Assembly: GCA_016839445.1 (NCBI GenBank)
Contig: JAEOUG010000095.1
Coordinates: 1 to 13,491, forward strand
Direction of reading: 5' to 3'
DNA from: Candidatus Thorarchaeota archaeon
Lineage (GTDB): Archaea > Asgardarchaeota > Thorarchaeia > Thorarchaeales > Thorarchaeaceae
Length of the DNA: 13,491 nt
Shown: one piece after another, positions 6,034-12,847 of the stretch
Layout of the letters: each line of letters begins with the position of its first letter
How positions within the stretch are numbered: the stretch's first letter is position 1
Translations under genes and position numbers: made by a program
Notes under the pieces: generated by a model
The model's input: the letters and a program-made list of their open reading frames with translations, nothing else
Databases searched by the model: none
Told to the model about the DNA's origin: nothing

Positions 6034-7596
6034 ATGGCAAAGACGATCAAGACACGCGTGCAGAGATACAATCCAGACACAGATGACGCGCCCTACATTC
6101 AGGAGTTTGATGTGGAATACGAACCAGGGATGACAGTCCTTGACGCGCTCCTTTATGTTCAAGACAAGTATGACTCAAGCCTAGCATTCCGTTGGGAATG
6201 CCGAGGTGGCCAATGTGGCTCCTGTGCCGTGCGAGTAAACGGGACGGCTCGGATTGCATGCAGAACGAAGGTCGAGCCCGATGAAAGCCTTCTTCTCGAG
6301 CCCCTGGAAAAGATGCCAGTGGTCAAGGACTTGGTCACGGACATGTCACAGGTCACCTACCGAATAAGGAGAATTCGACCCTACGTTGCTAGGGACAAGC
6401 AGCCCCAGCATCCCGAAATCATACATGCCGATCAAATAGAGAAGCTAAGAGAGATTCGCAAGTGCATAGAGTGCAGCGCCTGTCTCTCGAATTGCCCCAT
6501 CGTGCACGAAACCTGGGACTACCCCGGCCCGATGATCATTCGCCAGTTGGCTCGCCTAGAGCTTGATCCTCGAGATGTAGAAGACCGCATTGCTATGGCA
6601 ATGAACGAGATGGTCTATAGCTGCACCACCTGTAAGATGTGCGAGGACATCTGCCCGAAGAAGATCAAGATTCCCTCTCTTGCTGTTGAATTGCTGCGAG
6701 CAAAGGCTGTAGAGGCTGGCTATCCTCTTGCAGAGGGCCAGCAAGGCTTCGTGAACCAGATCGTGAAGACTGGCCGAGCAGTACCTGAGAAAGACGCTCC
6801 ACTACTGAAAGAGATACCAACTGAGGAGTTCATTGTTGAGAATCCTAGAGGTAGAGTGGCCTTCTTCACCGGGTGTTTGATTGACTACAGAATGCAGAGC
6901 ACTGGCAAAGCGCTTATCGATGTCTTGAACCGGAACAATGTCGATGTCATAGTGCCCAAAGAGCAGTGGTGCTGTGCCAGCCCAGCGTTCAGAACAGGTG
7001 ATCTCAATACTGCAGGCGCAGCCGCGCGCAGGGTCACAGAAATCTTCGAAACCACCATGGAGAAGTACAACCTCGATACAGTGGTTGTTGCCTGTGCTGG
7101 GTGTGGAAAGACTCTCCGGGAGGACCACCGTCCCCTCATTGAGGAAGAACGGGGTGAAGCCCCCAAGTTCAAGGTGTACGACCTTGCGGAGTACCTCATC
7201 GATGTCATTGGGAAGGAGAACATAGTAAAACCCAAGGGTGAGATCAAGCTGAAAATCACCTATCATGAGCCCTGCCACCTTGGGAGGGGTCAGGGTGTTG
7301 TGACCCAGCCTATCGAGCTCCTCAAGATGATTCCCGGGGTGGAGTATATCGATGACCCTATGAAGAACAGATGTTGCGGAGCTGGAGGCGGAGTCCGTGC
7401 GGGCCTCAGGGATCTGTCCATGAAGATCGCCAACACCAAGAAGGAGTACATCATGAAGACCGGTGCAGATATGGTGACCACAGAGTGTCCCTTCTGCACG
7501 ATTCAAATCAATGACATGATGAAGGGTGAAACCATGGAGGTCCGGTACATCCCCGACCTGCTGTCCGAATCATACAGAATAGGAGAGGAGCAGTAA
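6034..7596 (+). CDS. tfrB: Thiol:fumarate reductase subunit B-like (FrdB/SdhB Fe-S module fused to two HdrB/HdrD-type CCG domains)
   Basis: 2Fe-2S motif CRGGQCGSC...C; two 4Fe-4S motifs CIECSACLSNCP and CTTCKMCEDICP; CCG domain 1 (FTGC..WCCASP..ACAGC) and domain 2 (YHEPCH..RCCGAGG..ECPFC). No TM segments. GAGGAGG RBS. Confidence 0.9.
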   Translation: MAKTIKTRVQRYNPDTDDAPYIQEFDVEYEPGMTVLDALLYVQDKYDSSLAFRWECRGGQCGSCAVRVNGTARIACRTKVEPDESLLLEPLEKMPVVKDLVTDMSQVTYRIRRIRPYVARDKQPQHPEIIHADQIEKLREIRKCIECSACLSNCPIVHETWDYPGPMIIRQLARLELDPRDVEDRIAMAMNEMVYSCTTCKMCEDICPKKIKIPSLAVELLRAKAVEAGYPLAEGQQGFVNQIVKTGRAVPEKDAPLLKEIPTEEFIVENPRGRVAFFTGCLIDYRMQSTGKALIDVLNRNNVDVIVPKEQWCCASPAFRTGDLNTAGAAARRVTEIFETTMEKYNLDTVVVACAGCGKTLREDHRPLIEEERGEAPKFKVYDLAEYLIDVIGKENIVKPKGEIKLKITYHEPCHLGRGQGVVTQPIELLKMIPGVEYIDDPMKNRCCGAGGGVRAGLRDLSMKIANTKKEYIMKTGADMVTTECPFCTIQINDMMKGETMEVRYIPDLLSESYRIGEEQ

Positions 7597-7626
7597 GCAG
7601 GAAGAGGGTACCCTCGGACCTCTCCT
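7581..7626. terminator. Inverted-repeat structure between convergent genes (putative bidirectional terminator)
   Basis: Perfect 12-bp palindrome GAGGGTACCCTC (7604-7615), nested within outer arms AGGAGAGG (7581-7588) and CCTCTCCT (7619-7626). Confidence 0.5.
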
Positions 7627-8883
7627 CTATCTTCCCTTCAAGTGCTGTCTCAACATTCTGTGGACTTGGAGAGCGGCTAGCCTGTCTGAAACAAGCCCGA
7701 GGTCTGCAAGGCTCCAAACGGCATGAGAGAAGATCATCACATGTGGTGAGTCAAAGACCCCATTGATGGCCGACATGGCATACTGAGATGCACGGACCAC
7801 GCCAGTATCATGGTCAGAGAGAGAGGGTATTCTGGCCTCAAATGAGCTAGACTTCTCGTCCATCATGTGGCTCCAGAACTCCGTGTTGTCAAGTAGCCAC
7901 GAGCGTAGGCTGTCAGAGTCAGGAAGACGGAGATGTGTCGGAGAATCTGGCCAATCTGTACCTCTCTGCTTCTTGATGAGGTCTTCCACTGCTGCTGGAG
8001 TGTCTGTGCCGGGTATGTTGCGCTTCAGTGTTCTAAGCAGCCAATCCACTGTACCGGAGTCGACCCAACCGTTTGAGGCGCTCTCCACAATTCTGTGCGC
8101 GAAGATTCCATTGTGTCCGAGAGTTCCATAGTCTACCACACTGGCAGCAATCAGGTCCTGACTCGAAGACACATCGGTGGGCTTCGCGTACCTCGACACC
8201 GAGGCATCGAGACCGGCCCCCACAGTTCTCTTCGATGGGACCTTCCTAACAAGATACTCTGCGAGGTGCCACAGTGAGGCCATCTGAGGTCTTGTGTATG
8301 CTGGCTGAGGAAGCTCGGCAACAAGCGACACTGGCAATATGAATCCGTGGCCCAACCTATCCGGCTCTTCTGCCGCAAGGGTTGCTGTAGCCCTCATCAG
8401 ATGGACTGGCTCTGTCTTCGAGGCAAGGACAAGTGCTGCCTTCATGACTCCAGTGTGGCTTCTCTTCCTTATTGAGAGCTCAAAGTTCTGGACAGCATTG
8501 CTCATTGACTCAAGTGAAACGTCTATGTCATACTTCGGCCCACGTTCAAGACGCCAATGATCGACATCGGCGAGGTAGAATGCCAATCGCTGGATCAAGG
8601 TATTCTGAAGAGGCTCCCTCAGTTCATCGGGTATTGGCAGACTTCCCGGAACCACTGTTTCTTCCAGCATTTCCGGATTTGGGCCAAGATCCTCAATCAT
8701 CCTGTGAATGGTGTACGTGAGGATGCATGCATGCGGGGTGTCGTAGGTTCTCTCCTCATGCCAGGCTGCAGCGTGCATCAGAATCGCCCAGATTGCAGAA
8801 GGCTTCGCTGAGCCCAACATCTTTCTGAGTGAGTTCACTGCCTGTCTACCATCAGCCTTCAGACAGGCCTCAAGAAGGTCCAT
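7627..8883 (-). CDS. Hypothetical all-alpha protein (~418 aa) with four repeated His-containing motifs
   Basis: A long ORF that fills the gap. ATG 8883 is preceded by an AGGTGGAG RBS, whereas the track start at 8967 overlaps the upstream gene. Motifs DTPHACIL, DRLGHGFIL, GTLGHNGIF and DSPHVMIF. Confidence 0.85.
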   Translation of the reverse strand: MDLLEACLKADGRQAVNSLRKMLGSAKPSAIWAILMHAAAWHEERTYDTPHACILTYTIHRMIEDLGPNPEMLEETVVPGSLPIPDELREPLQNTLIQRLAFYLADVDHWRLERGPKYDIDVSLESMSNAVQNFELSIRKRSHTGVMKAALVLASKTEPVHLMRATATLAAEEPDRLGHGFILPVSLVAELPQPAYTRPQMASLWHLAEYLVRKVPSKRTVGAGLDASVSRYAKPTDVSSSQDLIAASVVDYGTLGHNGIFAHRIVESASNGWVDSGTVDWLLRTLKRNIPGTDTPAAVEDLIKKQRGTDWPDSPTHLRLPDSDSLRSWLLDNTEFWSHMMDEKSSSFEARIPSLSDHDTGVVRASQYAMSAINGVFDSPHVMIFSHAVWSLADLGLVSDRLAALQVHRMLRQHLKGR

Positions 8884-8939
8884 CGAATCTCCACCTAGGA
8901 AGAGTGCGCGCTCTGTGCATTTATCTCTTGACGGCTTGC

Positions 8940-9470
8940 CTAGGAAACGATGAACGACTCCCGGCACATTGTGCAGGTAATTGTTTCGCCCTTGACAGCT
9001 ATCCTGTTCAGCTCGTGTCTACAGAACGGGCATGCCGCTATCGTTTTCGGTGCAGGACCAGTTCCTGTTCCCAAAATGAAGTCCCCTGCATCATGGTCAA
9101 CGCGACCGGACAGCTCTCTTCCATCAAGCAAATCCTGAAGGATTCTAGTGACTTGCATAGCAGGGACTCCAGCCTCCTGAGAGATGCGTTCGATTGAGAT
9201 TCGACGGAATGACTGAACGGCGTTTCTGACTGCTGTAACGGGGTCCGTCCGTGCCTTGGTCAAGTCCTCTTGTGGCGGTGCTTTGTCAAGTGTGGCTCTG
9301 GCCGCAGCCAGGCCTGTGGCCTGCCCTCCGACTAGCTGTAGCTGTGCCTTCAGTGTCTCGAGTCTGCTGTTGTATTCGTCATCCGAGAGCAGCCCTCGCA
9401 TGTAGTCAAGGTCAAGATCCTTGATTGCTGCCTCGAGCTTCTCGGCATCTCTATGGGAGGAGCCTTCCAC
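8940..9470 (-). CDS. Hypothetical protein: SHOCT-like helical hairpin + PCI-like winged helix + C4 zinc ribbon
   Basis: Residues ~16-44 'IKDLDLDYMRGLLSDDEYNSRLETLKAQL'; residues ~88-133 'FRRISIERISQEAGVPAMQVTRILQDLLDGRELSGRVDHDAGDFIL'; CPFC-x15-CTMC. GTG start with AGGAG upstream. Domain calls are by eye. Confidence 0.8.
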   Translation of the reverse strand: MEGSSHRDAEKLEAAIKDLDLDYMRGLLSDDEYNSRLETLKAQLQLVGGQATGLAAARATLDKAPPQEDLTKARTDPVTAVRNAVQSFRRISIERISQEAGVPAMQVTRILQDLLDGRELSGRVDHDAGDFILGTGTGPAPKTIAACPFCRHELNRIAVKGETITCTMCRESFIVS

Positions 9471-9512
9471 TTCGCATCTCTCCTATACGTTCTGGTATTC
9501 ACTCATAGACAC

Positions 9513-9523
9513 CATAATATAAG
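9513..9523 (-). promoter_or_regulatory. Putative TATA box for the 8940-9470 gene
   Basis: The minus strand reads CTTATATTATG about 45-50 nt upstream of the GTG start. It is the strongest AT patch in this intergenic region. Confidence 0.45.
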
Positions 9524-9620
9524 GCGAATTGGGGTGAAGTAGTTTTCCTGCCACAAGCCTCGATGTCATAAGCGAAGTGACATATCCCTTATTTCAGGAG
9601 AAGGACCGGAGTCCACACAG

Positions 9621-10010
9621 ATGCACGAGTTCTCTGCCGCATGCTCAATTGTGGATACAGCAGTAGAGGCAGCCAGAGCCAACAGAGCAACGAAGGTTGC
9701 AGTTGTCAACGTGGAGGTCGGTGAATTCACGTTTCTGATTCCCGAGCAGCTTGAGTTCAATTTCGAGATAGCTAGTAAGAACACAATCCTGGAAGGAGCT
9801 CAGCTCAACATATCAAGGACTCCCGGGATTCTCAAATGCTCTGAGTGTGGTACCGAAGGTCCGGCGGAGATGGATCCTGCTCTTCCTCCACAGATCGCAG
9901 TCTTTTCCCCAATGAAGTGTCCGAAGTGTGGGAGCAGTAGTACTACGATTACTGGTGGTAAGGAGTTCGTGATAACCAGCATCGAGGCTGAGGTAGAAGC
10001 CTCTGTCTAG
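9621..10010 (+). CDS. hypA: Hydrogenase maturation nickel metallochaperone HypA
   Basis: N-terminal MHE nickel motif, 'VGEFTFLIPEQLEFNF', Zn site CSEC...CPKC and C-terminal 'GGKEFVITSIE'. Confidence 0.96.
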   Translation: MHEFSAACSIVDTAVEAARANRATKVAVVNVEVGEFTFLIPEQLEFNFEIASKNTILEGAQLNISRTPGILKCSECGTEGPAEMDPALPPQIAVFSPMKCPKCGSSSTTITGGKEFVITSIEAEVEASV

Positions 10011-10019
10011 ACTGTTGGA

Positions 10020-10397
10020 TTAGATGAGGACCGCGTTTAGGACTCCATGCTGCCCGGGTCTGCTGGTTACGCGTGCCCGGCCTTTTGATGTCTTGATAAT
10101 CGTGCCTCGTGTGATTACCTTTCTTCTCTGGTAATCCATGTTTGCCTCGTTCTTCTCGACATCCAAGAGCTCGGCCCTATACGTCTCATTCTTCGAGGGG
10201 TCAGTAACGTTGACAAAGTCGATTCGAAGAGCTGGCATCTTCTTGTTCTTGCTCCTACTGTCAATAAGCCGTCTCTTGATTTCACCCATGAGGGTCTCTG
10301 TCGGAGTACGTCCTAGCTGGTGCTTCCGCTTGCTTCGGAATTTCCGTATTCTAGCACCAGTGTTTGTGCGACTTGATCTTCTATGCCAGACGCCCAT
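10020..10397 (-). CDS. rps8e: 30S ribosomal protein S8e (eS8)
   Basis: 'MGVWHRRSSRTNTGAR..RSKRKHQLGR', 'ANMDYQRRKVITRGTII' and 'ARVTSRPGQHGVLNAVLI'. Confidence 0.97.
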   Translation of the reverse strand: MGVWHRRSSRTNTGARIRKFRSKRKHQLGRTPTETLMGEIKRRLIDSRSKNKKMPALRIDFVNVTDPSKNETYRAELLDVEKNEANMDYQRRKVITRGTIIKTSKGRARVTSRPGQHGVLNAVLI

Positions 10398-10443
10398 TAC
10401 TGACTACCTCTTTGTTAGGTCACTGACGCACCTAGCACAGTCG

Positions 10444-10451
10444 TTTTAAAT
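10444..10451. promoter_or_regulatory. Putative TATA box (TTTTAAAT) between divergent rps8e and hypE
   Basis: AT-rich octamer about 50 nt upstream of the rps8e ATG. It contains the palindromic TTTAAA. Confidence 0.5.
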
Positions 10452-10457
10452 CTTGCT

Positions 10458-10482
10458 TAGTGGCCGCACGGAGAGGCCACTA
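10458..10482. repeat. Perfect 8-bp inverted repeat with a 9-nt spacer
   Basis: TAGTGGCC-gcacggaga-GGCCACTA. Confidence 0.75.
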
Positions 10483-10538
10483 TCAACCCCTTCAAATACG
10501 AAGAAGACGCTTCCCAAGATGAACCCGGAGGAACCAAG

Positions 10539-11552
10539 ATGCCCAAGATCGAGTCTGCCCACGGAGCGGGGGGCAAGATAATGCAGAAGCTGCTTGAGGA
10601 GGTCATTATCCCATCCTTCACTCTCAGGAGAATGGGAGCAGTAGGGCTCGACGAAATGGATGACGGGGCAACAGTCCAGATGGATGGCACGAGGTTTGTG
10701 GTCTGTACCGACGCCCACACTGTCCATCCAATCTTCTTCCCTGGGGGCAATCTCGGCACCCTTACTGCCTGTGGCACAATCAATGACCTTGCCGTTATGG
10801 GCGCTAGACCAATAGCAATGACAAACACTGTCATTGTAGAGGAAGGCTTTGAGATAGAAACGCTTCAGACTCTGTTGTCTTCCCTGAATGATGTCATCGA
10901 GCCTCTTGGTGTAGCCATGGTTGCGGGAGACACGAAAGTGATGCCTCCTGGGACCCTAGATGGAATAGTGATGTCAACTACAGGCATTGGAGAAGTCTAC
11001 GGAGAAGACATTGTGACCGATGCAGGGGCCAAGCTCGGTGATGATATCGTCGTGACTGGACCGATAGGAGCCCACGGGACATCTCTTCTTGCCCATAGAG
11101 AAGGCCTGGAGTTCGACACAGATCTTGAGAGCGATGTCGCTCCACTCTGGGAGCCAATCCGCGCATGCCTTGACATTGGCGGCGTTCATGCGATGAAGGA
11201 CCCGACAAGGGGCGGCACCGCAGTAGCACTGAATGAGATTGCATCCAAGTCTAAGGTGGAGCTGGAGCTAGAGGAGGGAATGATTCCCGTCCAATCGGCA
11301 GTGAGGTCTCTCTGTGAAGTGCTTGGACTAGACCCCCTGAACATGTCCTGTGAAGGAACTGTCGTGATGTTGATTGACCCTTCCAAGACCTCTTCCATCA
11401 TTGACGCTTTACGTCAGTATCCGTCAACGAAGAATGCCACAGTCGTAGGCAAGGCCACCAGCGGTCCGCCGCGAGTTGTCATGAAGACAGAGATTGGTGG
11501 CAGGAAAGTGATTCAGGTTCCGTACGGAGAGCCTGTGCCTAGAGTCTGCTAG
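10539..11552 (+). CDS. hypE: Hydrogenase maturation carbamoyl dehydratase HypE
   Basis: 'AHGAGGK', 'TDAHTVHPIFFPGGNLG', 'GTINDLAVMGARP', 'GDTKV', 'MKDPTRGG', 'LGLDPL' and the C-terminal PRVC with its catalytic Cys. GGAGGA RBS. Confidence 0.97.
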   Translation: MPKIESAHGAGGKIMQKLLEEVIIPSFTLRRMGAVGLDEMDDGATVQMDGTRFVVCTDAHTVHPIFFPGGNLGTLTACGTINDLAVMGARPIAMTNTVIVEEGFEIETLQTLLSSLNDVIEPLGVAMVAGDTKVMPPGTLDGIVMSTTGIGEVYGEDIVTDAGAKLGDDIVVTGPIGAHGTSLLAHREGLEFDTDLESDVAPLWEPIRACLDIGGVHAMKDPTRGGTAVALNEIASKSKVELELEEGMIPVQSAVRSLCEVLGLDPLNMSCEGTVVMLIDPSKTSSIIDALRQYPSTKNATVVGKATSGPPRVVMKTEIGGRKVIQVPYGEPVPRVC

Positions 11553-12124
11553 AGATCCTCAAGCCCGGCTGTCCTCGGGCTCACACTCTCTTCCGCCTGC
11601 TGGTCCTCGAGAATCTTCTTCATCTTGTGCCTGAGTTGGGCCTTCATCCTGATTCGATCTGTATCAAGTCCGAAGTAGTCCGAGAAGAGCTGGGTGGTAG
11701 TTAGGATTTTGCTCCTGCCCTCTGGTACTGCATCGATGAACTTCTTCTCCGTCAACTCCTTGACATGGTCGTAACAGTGAGTTCCTCTCTGAGTCACCAC
11801 ATCTGACTGCAGAATTGGCTGTTTGAGAGCAATGTAGACCAGAGTCTGTAGAGTGGCAAAGGACAGCAAGCCACCAGGTATGAGCTTGCCAACCCTGGGC
11901 GTGAGTTCAGGTTTGAGCTGGAGCGCGTAGCGTTCCCTCGGCAGCGGTACAACTTCAAGGGCTCCGTCCCTGTGCATGTACTCGGCGCTCAACTGGTCGA
12001 GCAGTTTTTGGGTTGTCGACTGAGCCTTGCCGATGAGATCGGATAGCTCCTCCAGAGTGAGGGCTCTTCCGGACACGTAAAGTGCTGCTTCAAGAGTCAC
12101 TAGATCTTCGTCCAGTCCCATCAC
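11549..12124 (-). CDS. scpB: SMC-Scp complex kite subunit ScpB
   Basis: 'LEAALYVSGRAL', 'LSFATLQTLVYIALKQPI..SDVV..RG..YDHVKEL' and 'TTQLFSDYFGL' (tandem winged helix). Start is GTG 12124 or ATG 12121. Confidence 0.93.
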   Translation of the reverse strand: MMGLDEDLVTLEAALYVSGRALTLEELSDLIGKAQSTTQKLLDQLSAEYMHRDGALEVVPLPRERYALQLKPELTPRVGKLIPGGLLSFATLQTLVYIALKQPILQSDVVTQRGTHCYDHVKELTEKKFIDAVPEGRSKILTTTQLFSDYFGLDTDRIRMKAQLRHKMKKILEDQQAEESVSPRTAGLEDL

Positions 12125-12847
12125 CTACTTGGTTATCTTCAGCTCGGCTGTATCCTCTTCCGTTATCCTTGTCTTCTTTGCCTTCTTAGGAGGTTCTAGG
12201 AGCTTCAGCCAGATTACCTCTTCTTCATCCATCCAGATGTCAATCAGTGCCCGGGCATATAGGAAGAGAAGCGAGAAGAACACCCGGACTATCTCTCTCC
12301 GGGAGTTGTTCACCAAGATATCCGCGAACTTCACTGTCTCGTTGATTTGGATGAAGCGCTTCAGGTCTTCATAGACTTCGGCGATGGTCCCTTCGACATT
12401 GGCCTGATCTACGTCTATAGTGAACTGCAACGGGTCTGCTTTCGTTGAGTACTTCCGCTTTGTGGGCGTCGGGCGTTGCCGCACACCCTTGCCAAGGACC
12501 TGGTCCATTGCCACGAGTAACTCTTCTAGGGTGACGCGCTGATTCGTGAGTCTGAAGGGCGGTCGTATTAGCGGAATCTCGAAGTCGTCGTCGTCTTCTT
12601 CCTCTGGCGGAAGGAGCCCCAGCTCAACGAGTTCGCGTGTCTTCTTCATGAATATCACAGACGCGGAGTAAAGGGCGTTACCAGAGATACGGAAGTCAAT
12701 GTCTCCCATCCGCTTCATCTCATTCAGGAACCCGACAACCAGTTTCCCCACGTCGACATTCCATGGTTTGACCTTGTCCAGCTGAAGAATGTCAGTCAGG
12801 AGAATGTACGGCGGTGCAGCCCAGAAAGGTGATTCTCCCTCTGTCAT
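12125..12847 (-). CDS. scpA: SMC-Scp complex kleisin subunit ScpA
   Basis: 'PYILLTDILQLDKVKPWNVDV', 'DFRISGNALYSASVIFMKK', 'RVTLEELLVAM' and the C-terminal winged helix 'IVRVFFSLLFL'. Lies between smc and scpB. Confidence 0.92.
   Translation of the reverse strand: MTEGESPFWAAPPYILLTDILQLDKVKPWNVDVGKLVVGFLNEMKRMGDIDFRISGNALYSASVIFMKKTRELVELGLLPPEEEDDDDFEIPLIRPPFRLTNQRVTLEELLVAMDQVLGKGVRQRPTPTKRKYSTKADPLQFTIDVDQANVEGTIAEVYEDLKRFIQINETVKFADILVNNSRREIVRVFFSLLFLYARALIDIWMDEEEVIWLKLLEPPKKAKKTRITEEDTAELKITK

Noticed and set aside
6802-7506. 234-aa antisense ORF inside tfrB (and other antisense/alternate-frame ORFs within fumarase, tfrA, hypE, scpA and smc)
   Set aside because: Shadow ORFs fully overlapping well-supported genes, with no recognisable motifs.
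8884-8967. Longer start for the 446-aa ORF
   Set aside because: Overlaps the upstream gene's 3' end, whereas ATG 8883 has a strong AGGTGGAG RBS.
10398-10538. ncRNA (SRP RNA or tRNA) next to rps8e
   Set aside because: Only 141 bp with a single short stem; no tRNA cloverleaf/T-loop or SRP helix 8 motif seen.
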